Shown here: in pieces, positions 37,503 to 45,701 of the stretch
Numbering within the stretch: position 1 is the first letter of the stretch
Layout: each line of letters begins with the position of its first letter
Assembly: GCA_016933575.1 (NCBI GenBank)
Contig: JAFGAR010000203.1
Coordinates: forward strand, 1-45,701
DNA length: 45,701 bases
Reading direction: 5' to 3'
DNA from: Candidatus Thorarchaeota archaeon
Lineage (GTDB): Archaea > Asgardarchaeota > Thorarchaeia > Thorarchaeales > Thorarchaeaceae
Position numbers and translations under genes: made by a program
The notes under the pieces: generated by a model
Seen by the model: only the letters and a program-made list of their open reading frames with translations
The model's database searches: none
What the model was told of the DNA's origin: nothing

Positions 37503-37892
37503 ATGTCATCACATATTGATCCTGCTAAAGAAAAAGAGCTCGTGGAGCTACTAATGGGACTTACTAACTATGCAGACCTAGATGCCATTGCGGTAGTGAG
37601 CAAGCAAGGTGTAAAACTTGCATATTTTGCAACTGAGGATTCAGACGCAGATCCAGATCTTATGGCAGCAGTAAGTGCAGCTCTTCTGATGACTGGAGAT
37701 ATGGCTGCAACAAAGCTGGGCCTTAATGAACTCTATGAAGTAACTGTACGTGGCAAAGATGGCTTCGTCGTTCTCTCGCATGCTGGAGAATTCCTACTTA
37801 TGGGCTCAGCACGAGACCTTACCTCAATGGGCCTTGCCGTGACACAGATGAGGAAGTATGCACGAGAGGTAGGAGAACTTCTAGGACAATAG
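37503..37892 (+). CDS. Roadblock/LC7 domain protein
   Basis: 'AIAVVSKQG', 'DLMAAVSAALL..G..A...LG..EL.EVTVRGKDGFVVL' and a terminal helix. Confidence 0.9.
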   Translation: MSSHIDPAKEKELVELLMGLTNYADLDAIAVVSKQGVKLAYFATEDSDADPDLMAAVSAALLMTGDMAATKLGLNELYEVTVRGKDGFVVLSHAGEFLLMGSARDLTSMGLAVTQMRKYAREVGELLGQ

Positions 37893-38013
37893 TAATACCA
37901 ATGGTTAGATATCTTGGCTAAGTAGTATTTTGGTAATTGATTAGGAACTACAAAGATACATAATACAGGTCTTCATTAATAAAATCATTAGATGTAGAAT
38001 GGTTGATGATTAG

Positions 38014-38391
38014 GTGAAGGGTATACTTGTGCTGGATGATGCAGGATTAACAATTGCCGCGGTTGGTTTAGAGGAGGTCAGTCTTAACACCGAATTATTC
38101 AGTGCCTTCATTTCTGCTATCCAAACCTATGCATTAAGATCAATAGGTACTGAGATGAAATCATTGACCTATAGCCAAGTCATTCTCATGATTGGACAAG
38201 CTGGAGACAAGATTGTAGTTACTCTCCACTCATTAGACGACCCCGATTCAGATTGGAATCATCGAGCAACCCTACGGATTATGGAAGGCGATGGATTTAG
38301 ACTTGATGACCAGTATCTTGGAATCTTGAGAGAACTCCTTACAGAGGGACGATTGTCGCCAGATGAAGCCAAATTAGTAACAACATCATGA
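38014..38391 (+). CDS. Small longin/roadblock-like (profilin-like fold) protein
   Basis: 'ILVLDDAGLTIA...NTELFSAFISAIQTYA....G.EMKSL' resembles the N-terminal pattern of Asgard longin-type domains. Confidence 0.6.
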   Translation: MKGILVLDDAGLTIAAVGLEEVSLNTELFSAFISAIQTYALRSIGTEMKSLTYSQVILMIGQAGDKIVVTLHSLDDPDSDWNHRATLRIMEGDGFRLDDQYLGILRELLTEGRLSPDEAKLVTTS

Positions 38392-38407
38392 TTGGTGGGA
38401 TCACCTT

Positions 38408-39493
38408 TCATTTCGGACCAAGCTGCTTGAAAGTGACTATTTCGTGGAGAGTACTACCCGTTTCCTCATCGGTTCGCCCTTCATGTATTACCTTTACTTT
38501 GAAATCAGAATTTAGTCGGAAATAGCCTGGTTTCATTCGAAGTACATTCTTTGCAAGAAATGCCAATACAGGATTGAACATATCAAGCATATTCACTTCT
38601 TCATAAACCCTAGCTACATCTAGTTTGACTTCTAATTCTCCAGGGACTTTGATTGAGATTGTTCTTGGGAAACTATGTCCCGCAGCTTCACTGAATTCAA
38701 AATCTTCCTGAGAAAATTCATACTCGCCCGAGCTGAGAAAAACTTCACTTCCTTTCGCAGCCATCAGCACTTTCACAGCGTGTCTGTCAACCTTATCATT
38801 ACATTGAATGAATGCATAGGCAATCGTGTAGTTATCAGAATACACTCGACCCCACATCCAATACTCAATGATACTTTGGAAGGAAAAATTCAGCCAGTTG
38901 TGATCGTGATATCCAACACCTTTCACAGATATTGTTTTGTTTCCATCTCTGATTGATCCTTCAATTGAAGCTCTTGAAAAAGGAACAACCCATGCAAAGT
39001 AGCCCAAGTCAGCAAAATGTGAGTAACCAGTTCCTGGCATCCACCCCTTCACAGTTGCCTTGTAAGTCAGGTCGAACATCAAATCTTCATCCTCAAGAAA
39101 GATTTCGTAAACTGGAAGATCATCATCAGTGAAGGTTGCTTTCATAGTATTGTTACCAATCTTGACATCAGGAATCTCTTTAGATGCATAGAACTGCGAT
39201 TTCTTGTACTTGATAACTTTTTGAGTCTTAGTGCCATCAGGTCTCAAGAGTGTGAGTTCAACAGCTATCTTACCTTGGTCCAAACCAGGATTGGGATAGG
39301 CAACATAGAAGAACGCCACCAAAGTGTATCCTCCTTCCAGATGCGCGTCAAAATACCACCATTCGAACTGGTTCTTCGCCCCTACATCGATATGCAGTGC
39401 ATCGTCTTCGGGTTTCATCGGAATGATTGTTCCGTCACGTCGTCCGGGACCGGTCCAACCTTCTTTTACGTTAGGGTTAACATAGTCAGTCAT
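38408..39493 (-). CDS. CrtC/AttH/tocopherol-cyclase-like (lipocalin-like double barrel) protein
   Basis: 'DDALH.......FEWWYFDA', 'GYHDHNW' and 'W.WGR'; ATGA overlap with the upstream oxidoreductase. Confidence 0.75.
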   Translation of the reverse strand: MTDYVNPNVKEGWTGPGRRDGTIIPMKPEDDALHIDVGAKNQFEWWYFDAHLEGGYTLVAFFYVAYPNPGLDQGKIAVELTLLRPDGTKTQKVIKYKKSQFYASKEIPDVKIGNNTMKATFTDDDLPVYEIFLEDEDLMFDLTYKATVKGWMPGTGYSHFADLGYFAWVVPFSRASIEGSIRDGNKTISVKGVGYHDHNWLNFSFQSIIEYWMWGRVYSDNYTIAYAFIQCNDKVDRHAVKVLMAAKGSEVFLSSGEYEFSQEDFEFSEAAGHSFPRTISIKVPGELEVKLDVARVYEEVNMLDMFNPVLAFLAKNVLRMKPGYFRLNSDFKVKVIHEGRTDEETGSTLHEIVTFKQLGPK

Positions 39494-41073
39494 TTCTTTC
39501 TCTCTCTTCCTTTTACATAGTGACTGGGATCAGAGACCCCGTTCGGATCAAATGCCGCCTTAATCTTCCGAATCCAATCAGCATAGTTCATTGTCCTTTC
39601 AGCATAGAAATTATGAACATCATCACCTACGATGAAGAAGGGCATTCCTAGAGCTTCGTCGAGGTCCATCTGATTGCACTCATCTTGGTAGGCAGCATAA
39701 CCAAGACAAGAATCTACGGAGGTAGGATCGTATACCGTAGGAGTTTCCATATGTGCCATATGACCGGATTCATAGCTTGTAATCCAGACTCCGAGACCTC
39801 GGTCATCACCAATCACACCTTTGTCGATGTATTTCTGTTTGACAGGCTGATTCAATTGTGCTAATCGAACAGCCATAGCTATCGTATCCATACCGCCATG
39901 GGTACTCTGGAAGCAGTTTGAGAAACGGAATGCATGACCTCCAAGCATATTTCGAACGGTCTCTCCGTAGTGCATTGGTTTTGGAATTGTCACGCCTTCT
40001 TCAATGAGATCATTTCCTCCATATTTCTCCATGATTAATCGAACTAGCTTTGTTCTGAACTCGAACTCTCGCTTAGTATGTGCGGCCACTAGCATTACAA
40101 TGTAGTTCCGAGTCTTGGCAAGTAATCCAGCAAATATCGATTCGATTGCCTCCTGCTTTGTATTTGTGAACAAGGCAGCTAGTCCCTCGGGTGCAGAGGT
40201 TGTTGCAACCATAGTTACTTCGCGGTCACTTAGCTCATACATAGCATTCTGGTACTCTTCCCACTCTTCGAAATTCAGTACATACATTTTCCAGAATGGT
40301 GGGATATCCCAATCGTATTCAGGAATGGTACCACTCGTCTTCCATTTCCATTCCTTTGGAGCTGGCCATGAGAACAACCGAATGGCAGCCTTAGTGAAAA
40401 CTCCCAGACCACCATATGCACCGAGCCATCCTCTCATGATTCCACGAAGACTTATACCAGGCCCATCACCTGTGAACCATTTGCCACTATAATCGTATGA
40501 TCCAAGTCGAATGATTTCGCCATCAGGAAGAACCCATTCGACGCCAAGGACATTCCTTCCACTGAATCCAGTGTAAGGTGAAGTGAAGCCGGGTCCAACG
40601 AAGGAAGTATGACTTGCAAGGGGGGATGTCTGTGGTCCAGCTCCTTGAGCATGATGCATCAGACCAAATTCAAATAGTTCAGACTGAAGTTGTGCATTTG
40701 TCACATATGGTTCGATCACTGCATACATATTCTGCTCATCAATCTCAAGAATTCGATTCATTCGCCGCAGATCAATCTGGATAGCGCGAGGATTACTTAG
40801 ACCAGCCCATGGTCCCATCCCAGTGCAGAACGCCTTGTAACCGACATTATGTTCATTGCAGAGACGAACAATAGCCTGAACTTCCTCGGTAGATTTTGGA
40901 AGAACAACAGCAAGTGGTCTAACACCAAATCGTTGTGGCTCTTCTCCGCGTTGAGCACTCTCAATCTCGTTGCACCACTGGAAAGCGTACGAATCCATGA
41001 CTGCGAGGTCTTGGGAGATATTACGTTCTCCGACAATCTTCTCAAAGGCTGAGTAGACATTCTTTTCCAGCAT
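39490..41073 (-). CDS. FAD-binding oxidoreductase, VAO/PCMH (GlcD-like) family
   Basis: 'AVVLPKSTEEVQAIVRLCN', 'IDLRRMNRILEIDE', 'GVEWVLPDGEI', 'GGLGVFTK' and 'KIKAAFDPNG'. Confidence 0.9.
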   Translation of the reverse strand: MLEKNVYSAFEKIVGERNISQDLAVMDSYAFQWCNEIESAQRGEEPQRFGVRPLAVVLPKSTEEVQAIVRLCNEHNVGYKAFCTGMGPWAGLSNPRAIQIDLRRMNRILEIDEQNMYAVIEPYVTNAQLQSELFEFGLMHHAQGAGPQTSPLASHTSFVGPGFTSPYTGFSGRNVLGVEWVLPDGEIIRLGSYDYSGKWFTGDGPGISLRGIMRGWLGAYGGLGVFTKAAIRLFSWPAPKEWKWKTSGTIPEYDWDIPPFWKMYVLNFEEWEEYQNAMYELSDREVTMVATTSAPEGLAALFTNTKQEAIESIFAGLLAKTRNYIVMLVAAHTKREFEFRTKLVRLIMEKYGGNDLIEEGVTIPKPMHYGETVRNMLGGHAFRFSNCFQSTHGGMDTIAMAVRLAQLNQPVKQKYIDKGVIGDDRGLGVWITSYESGHMAHMETPTVYDPTSVDSCLGYAAYQDECNQMDLDEALGMPFFIVGDDVHNFYAERTMNYADWIRKIKAAFDPNGVSDPSHYVKGRERKK

Positions 41074-42344
41074 TACTTGCCACCTCCAATGCTACGAAGA
41101 ACAAGTTCCGTGAGATCGAAATATTCCATATCCGATTTCCGAGATTCAATTCCATCTTTGAAATTCGTTCCACAGAAAGGACAAGCTGAAACAAGAGTCG
41201 AAGCTCCAGTGGACTCAGCTTCCTCTAGTCGCTCGTTTGCCGCCCAGAGTGCAAAATCGGGGTACGCAGACTTACATCCTCCACCTGCGCCGCAACAATA
41301 GGAGTACTCACGGATTCGCTGCATCTCAACCAATTCAAGACCAGGAATCTGTTTCAGAACATTCCGAGGTGCATCATAAACTCCTCCAGCTCCTCTTCGT
41401 TCAGGCTTGGGTGGGTCATAGATGTACACCTGTGATAGGACCTCAATCTTCTCACCCTCCCATGGAATGTAGGGTTCAGCCATTCTACCAAGGTGACAAG
41501 GATCGTGATAGGTCACTTTCATTGGAACTTTTTCAGTAAGTTTGATCTTACCATCTTGTAGAAATTCTTCAATTATCTGAGAGGTATGAACAACCTCGAT
41601 GTCATGCTCAACGAAGCGAGGATATTCAACTTTGAGCATATTGTAACATCCACTGCATGAAGTGATAATCTTCTTAATTCCTGCCTCTTTGAACTGCTCG
41701 ATATTGCTCTTCATTATCTCAATTGCTCTCTTCTCATCACCAACACGATAGACAGGACTACCACAGCACATCTCATCTGAACCCATCAAACGGAAGCCTT
41801 CACCAGCTGAGTTCAGAATCTTAGCAGTAGCTACTGCAATCTCTTCACGTCTATAAGATGCAGTACAGCCTACGAAATAGAGTGTGGATGAAGATTCATT
41901 TGTTGTGATACCATCTGTCAACCATGCAGGTCTCTTTTCAGGGTCCTCACCATAGGGATTCTTGTCACGTTCAACAAGCTCTATGTACTTCTTGTGCTTG
42001 GGCATTGGTCCTGTCCCAGATTCAACAGCCGCCACACGTAATTCATGAATTGCTTCATTGGGTTCTAGTTCATAGACCCATTTACAAGAAACCTCACATC
42101 CGCCACAGTTTGTACAACTGTAGATTACATCAAGCATCTCCGGTGTAAGTTCGACACGCCCCTTGTGATAAGCACTGGCTACGATCATTCGACCACCGCC
42201 TGAATACGCATGGAAATTGAAGTAATCAATTGAGGGGCAAATGCTCGACCACCGTTTGCTTTGAATCACAAGTTGTGGGATGAATTTGCATTTGGAGCAC
42301 CGTACACAACTGTCCATCATGTCCTCGAATTCACCGAGAGTCAT
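41073..42344 (-). CDS. HdrD/GlcF-type Fe-S oxidoreductase (2x4Fe-4S + two CCG domains)
   Basis: CVRCSKC...CP and CTNCGGCEVSC; YFVGC/CCGSP/CSGC; YHDPCH/CCGAGGG/ACPFC. Confidence 0.92.
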   Translation of the reverse strand: MTLGEFEDMMDSCVRCSKCKFIPQLVIQSKRWSSICPSIDYFNFHAYSGGGRMIVASAYHKGRVELTPEMLDVIYSCTNCGGCEVSCKWVYELEPNEAIHELRVAAVESGTGPMPKHKKYIELVERDKNPYGEDPEKRPAWLTDGITTNESSSTLYFVGCTASYRREEIAVATAKILNSAGEGFRLMGSDEMCCGSPVYRVGDEKRAIEIMKSNIEQFKEAGIKKIITSCSGCYNMLKVEYPRFVEHDIEVVHTSQIIEEFLQDGKIKLTEKVPMKVTYHDPCHLGRMAEPYIPWEGEKIEVLSQVYIYDPPKPERRGAGGVYDAPRNVLKQIPGLELVEMQRIREYSYCCGAGGGCKSAYPDFALWAANERLEEAESTGASTLVSACPFCGTNFKDGIESRKSDMEYFDLTELVLRSIGGGK

Positions 42345-43792
42345 TATGGCACCTCCTTGAAACAGAGTGTCCCCGGATTCAGAATATTGTTGGGGTCAAA
42401 GATTGATTTGATACGTTTCATAGCCTCAACTGTCATAGGGCCAGACTTTTCAAAGACCAAGTCGGTAATTGCACCATAGGGTCTGCTGAAATATGCACCT
42501 TCGTCTAGTAGTTTCTTCTGCCCTTTCGCGAGAAGCGTAATAGCAGATTCTGTGTCTTCATCAAGACTGTAGTATAAATCAAATCCAACATGAGTATTGG
42601 TTCCTTGATTCGTTGGTTGGACATATGCTCCAATTTGACTTCGGGGAAAATCGCATTCATCTGCAACATCACAAAACATGTCATAGAACTCTTGTGTTCT
42701 ATCAAACGTTGTTGTGAACATAACCTCCAAGCAATTACCAGCTATGTCAACTTTCCAATAGGGAACTCGACTTGCCCGATTGAGGATTCCTTCAATATCA
42801 GAAGAGCGGATTGCCTCGAAGTTCTCTTGGAGGTCAACATTGGTTTCAGATCCAATGTCCCGGATATCACTCACTCTATACTCAAGTTCCTCATCTGCAA
42901 TCATTCCGTGGCCCGATACACCAATTATGATGGTCCAAGGAGAATAGATTTTGGTTGTTGAGAATATCCCTTTGAGACTGACAGAGTTCAACATGAAGTG
43001 TTCGTCAGCAAGCCTACGTCTGAAAAGCGCATAATTGAACTCTTGGAACGAATTAAGATCTTCACCCTGAGCTAGGAGAAACAACTGTTTGTCAGGTAGT
43101 TTCTCACACTTCATTGAAATCCAACTGACAATTCCGATTGTGCCCTGAGCACCTTGTACTAATCTGAATGGATCGAACTGAGAAGGTCCCTGAGGATTCT
43201 TCTGTGCTTGACCAGACTCCCATTGTTCCTCAAGTGTACCAGGACCTGCAGCAGCACCAGTCCTAAGAACATCACCAGTTCCAAATACGGTCTCTGTGCA
43301 GAGAAGAGGGTCGGTTGTATCCCAGTGATATCTTGGTGTCGTAATTGGCTCTCTATCAAGACAACTTGCCAAGACAGACTTGGATGCTTTAGGTAGAAGT
43401 GGCATTAGTGGACGAAGACCTTCCTTCTTTAACTCGGAGATCAAATGGTCGTAAGTCACACCAGGTTCAATCATTGCAACTTTGTTCTTCGAATCAATTC
43501 GTAAAATATTCCGCATCTTGCTCAAATCGACAATTATTGCATTCTTTACCTTAGGGAGAGATGAGCCTCGCAGTTTTGGTCCTGCAGAACTAGTAGGAAC
43601 TAGTGGAATAGAATTCTTGTTAGCCCATTTCACGAGCTTTACTATTTCTTCAGTAGAAGTAGGCCAAACCACAAGTGAAGGTGGTTCCTTACCTGAGTAT
43701 ACTGAGAGTGTCTCATCTGAATTGGATACCTTTTCTTTCCCAAGTATTTGCTCTATCTCTGCTATCAGAGTTTCGTTCATGACTGTCCACAC
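42344..43792 (-). CDS. FAD-binding oxidoreductase, VAO/PCMH (GlcD-like) family
   Basis: 'VVWPTSTEEI', 'VDLSKMRNILRID', 'IEPGVT', 'GAQGTIGIVS' and 'IKSIFDPNNILNPG'. The true start may be ATG 43780. Confidence 0.9.
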   Translation of the reverse strand: MWTVMNETLIAEIEQILGKEKVSNSDETLSVYSGKEPPSLVVWPTSTEEIVKLVKWANKNSIPLVPTSSAGPKLRGSSLPKVKNAIIVDLSKMRNILRIDSKNKVAMIEPGVTYDHLISELKKEGLRPLMPLLPKASKSVLASCLDREPITTPRYHWDTTDPLLCTETVFGTGDVLRTGAAAGPGTLEEQWESGQAQKNPQGPSQFDPFRLVQGAQGTIGIVSWISMKCEKLPDKQLFLLAQGEDLNSFQEFNYALFRRRLADEHFMLNSVSLKGIFSTTKIYSPWTIIIGVSGHGMIADEELEYRVSDIRDIGSETNVDLQENFEAIRSSDIEGILNRASRVPYWKVDIAGNCLEVMFTTTFDRTQEFYDMFCDVADECDFPRSQIGAYVQPTNQGTNTHVGFDLYYSLDEDTESAITLLAKGQKKLLDEGAYFSRPYGAITDLVFEKSGPMTVEAMKRIKSIFDPNNILNPGTLCFKEVP

Positions 43793-43811
43793 ATCCTTGT
43801 TTTTGTCGAGG

Positions 43812-44087
43812 TTAGCCCTGCTCGTATACTATTCCAGTACCACCGGCAGGGAATCGGAATTCAATTGCATCACTCTCACATACCTGATAACAAGCTCCGC
43901 ACTCTAGGCAATGTGATACATAATCGTCTACGATATAGATGGTACTTTCACGTTTCTTCCAGAGATTCATAACACAGATGAGAAGACAGCGGTCGCATAG
44001 AGTGCACTTCTCATTGTTGATTTTGATGAAATCACCTGTTCCTGGAATTCTCGTCACGAGTTTTTTATGGTCTATCTTCATTTTCAT
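43812..44087 (-). CDS. FixX-like ferredoxin
   Basis: CTLCDRCLLIC and CLECGACYQVC plus the FixX-type tail 'FRFPAGGTGIVYEQG'. Confidence 0.85.
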   Translation of the reverse strand: MKMKIDHKKLVTRIPGTGDFIKINNEKCTLCDRCLLICVMNLWKKRESTIYIVDDYVSHCLECGACYQVCESDAIEFRFPAGGTGIVYEQG

Positions 44088-45487
44088 TCCTCCTCAGGCG
44101 CATCCATGAAAGCTTTAGTTAATGCTTCTTCAATCTCTGGCATCTCTGCAAGTAGTTTCTCGGGATCTGTAAGAAGTGCCATCTTGTCTTCCCCTAGAAT
44201 CGTTGTTAGCAGAGGAATTACTTCTTTCATGATGAAGGGTACAGCTTGCGGCAGATGCATCTTGAGCCTTCGAGCAATCTGCCGGATTCGAACAGCATGC
44301 GGTTCAGACCAGTCAATTATTCCTCCAATTATCTCCATGAACATCGGAATAAACCAAGACATTGTCTTGTGTGGGCTGAATGGTAGTGCTCTCCATATGC
44401 TCGCAAGCTCTGGTCCAGCTGTGAATTCTTCACCAACTGAGGTTGCCATCCACTTCTTATCGTACAATGATAGGAATTCATTGGATGTGTCATCTTCTGC
44501 AAGGGCTTCAGCAGCAGCCGCAATCGCAGCTCTAGCTGTAATCATTGCTGGATAGATTCCTTCAGCTTCTAACGGGCATGGAAATCCTCCTGCATCACCT
44601 ACTAATATCACATTGTCAGTATGTGTATTGTAGGGTTTTCCTTGCCACGGAAGAAGATGAGCTTGAAACTCTCTTGGTTTTGCATCAAGGATTCTAACTA
44701 ACCTCTTGAAATACTTCAAACTTGTGACTCTATTTAGATAATACACGGGGTTCTTATCCCACCAGGTCATCCAGTTTCCAAGACCGATATGGAATCCTCC
44801 GTTGAAGAATACTTGATATGCCGCAGGGAAGACTGCAGACCACCATACAGCTAGTGCCTCATCTCCCATAATATCATCAATCTTTGAAGGTGAACACTCA
44901 AAGTCATATTGTGGCACAATGGTTACTTCTTCCTGCTTCCACCTTTTTCTAAGCCCAGATTGTTGCGCGACCATTGAAACAGCACCATCTGCTCCAATCA
45001 CAAATCCTCGATATTTCTCACCCTTTTCATCAATGACACCAACTACCTTACCATCCTCTTTCAAGAGTCCCGTAACTAGAGTTGAAGTCTTGAGTTCAGC
45101 TCCAGCATCGACAGCATATCGAGCTAGCCAGGGATCGAAATCACTTCGGTAACAATTCAGAGTTATCCAGCTCTTTGCTGGTTCATACGTAACGGAAGCA
45201 GTAGGAGTGGTCATTATGTAACCAGTTACCTCTCCCTCTTCATCGACAAAATAGTTACGAGCAGCACGACCTTCCCGTATTGAAGGGCACACTTCAGGCC
45301 CAATCTCCTTCATAATATCGAAGTCGCGCCACATACGAGGACCAAGACCACAACCAGACGAGTTCTTCTCACCCGGCTTTCTTCCACGCTCAAAGAAAAT
45401 GGTCTTGAGACCCTTTTCTGCAGCTTCTTTTGCAGCAGTTGAACCTCCGGGACCAGCTCCCACGATAACAATATCATATTCGTTCAA
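44084..45487 (-). CDS. FixC / geranylgeranyl-reductase-family flavoprotein
   Basis: VGAGPGG, ERGRKPGEKN, R..FD.WL, GADG and LVGDAGG..PLEAEGI..AM; TTG start preceded by SD AAGGTGA. Confidence 0.88.
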   Translation of the reverse strand: MNEYDIVIVGAGPGGSTAAKEAAEKGLKTIFFERGRKPGEKNSSGCGLGPRMWRDFDIMKEIGPEVCPSIREGRAARNYFVDEEGEVTGYIMTTPTASVTYEPAKSWITLNCYRSDFDPWLARYAVDAGAELKTSTLVTGLLKEDGKVVGVIDEKGEKYRGFVIGADGAVSMVAQQSGLRKRWKQEEVTIVPQYDFECSPSKIDDIMGDEALAVWWSAVFPAAYQVFFNGGFHIGLGNWMTWWDKNPVYYLNRVTSLKYFKRLVRILDAKPREFQAHLLPWQGKPYNTHTDNVILVGDAGGFPCPLEAEGIYPAMITARAAIAAAAEALAEDDTSNEFLSLYDKKWMATSVGEEFTAGPELASIWRALPFSPHKTMSWFIPMFMEIIGGIIDWSEPHAVRIRQIARRLKMHLPQAVPFIMKEVIPLLTTILGEDKMALLTDPEKLLAEMPEIEEALTKAFMDAPEEE

Positions 45488-45496
45488 TTGATCACC

Positions 45497-45701
45497 TTAC
45501 CGATCCAAATCTTTTAGATGCTTTTTCACCAATGTAATTTTTCTCTCCAAGATCTTTTTCCTCCTTTCAAGGAAAACTCTCCTGAGTTCTTTGTCTGGAA
45601 GCTCTCGAACAGCGTCCAGAATAGGAGCTTCAGGAATCATCTCATCAATTCCAGCTAGGTGTATTTTCATGAAGACTTCCTGTGTGAAAGATGCAGGCAT
45701 A
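45497..45701 (-). CDS. 3' end of an unidentified gene truncated by the window edge
   Basis: Open frame reaching the window end, stopping 9 bp before the FixC-like gene; charged helical C-terminus. Confidence 0.55.
   Translation of the reverse strand, partial: MPASFTQEVFMKIHLAGIDEMIPEAPILDAVRELPDKELRRVFLERRKKILERKITLVKKHLKDLDR

Noticed and set aside
44-45152. Numerous 60-210 aa ORFs antisense to or nested within the called genes (e.g. 8786-9421, 15130-15639, 44067-44555)
   Set aside because: They overlap well-supported genes and have no recognisable motifs; treated as shadow ORFs.
44084-45487. Annotation as canonical digeranylgeranylglycerophospholipid reductase
   Set aside because: The YxWxFP motif is missing and the partner ferredoxin is FixX-like, so I left it at family level.
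1-45701. tRNA/rRNA genes
   Set aside because: No intergenic cloverleaf or T-loop signature and no rRNA-like tract was seen by eye; tRNAscan-SE/Infernal would be needed to exclude them formally.

Overview
This is a gene-dense archaeal chromosomal segment, most likely from an Asgard archaeon (Thorarchaeia-like). That placement is inferred from archaeal core genes (thermosome, Rpo6, Fap7/AK6, Ard1, HisS, MEMO1, ThiR-ThiBPQ) together with eukaryotic-signature-type genes (gelsolin-domain, roadblock, longin-like). I saw no tRNA, rRNA, CRISPR array, transposase or integrase. Layout: ~1-10.5 kb holds loosely packed accessory genes (esterase, CBS-HPF hibernation-factor-like protein, LVIVD gene relic, degenerate M28 peptidase, orphan N6-adenine MTase). 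10.5-19.6 kb is housekeeping and includes an Rpo6 with an extra N-terminal HhH domain and a structured hisS leader. 19.6-27 kb is a minus-strand block containing an unclassified glycyl-radical enzyme, its activase and a tandem split-barrel flavin-binding protein. 27-35 kb carries an Ig-repeat surface glycoprotein and a ThiR/thiBPQ divergon with a visible operator. 36.5-38.4 kb is a gelsolin-roadblock-longin cluster. 38.4-45.7 kb is a tightly coupled redox operon (FixC/GGR-like, FixX, two VAO/PCMH-type FAD proteins, HdrD/GlcF-type Fe-S protein, CrtC/AttH-like protein) that runs off the window edge. The best candidates for undescribed systems are the GRE operon, the FixCX-FAD-FeS-CrtC operon and the HhH-Rpo6 fusion. 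All calls come from motif recognition by eye; no database searches were run.
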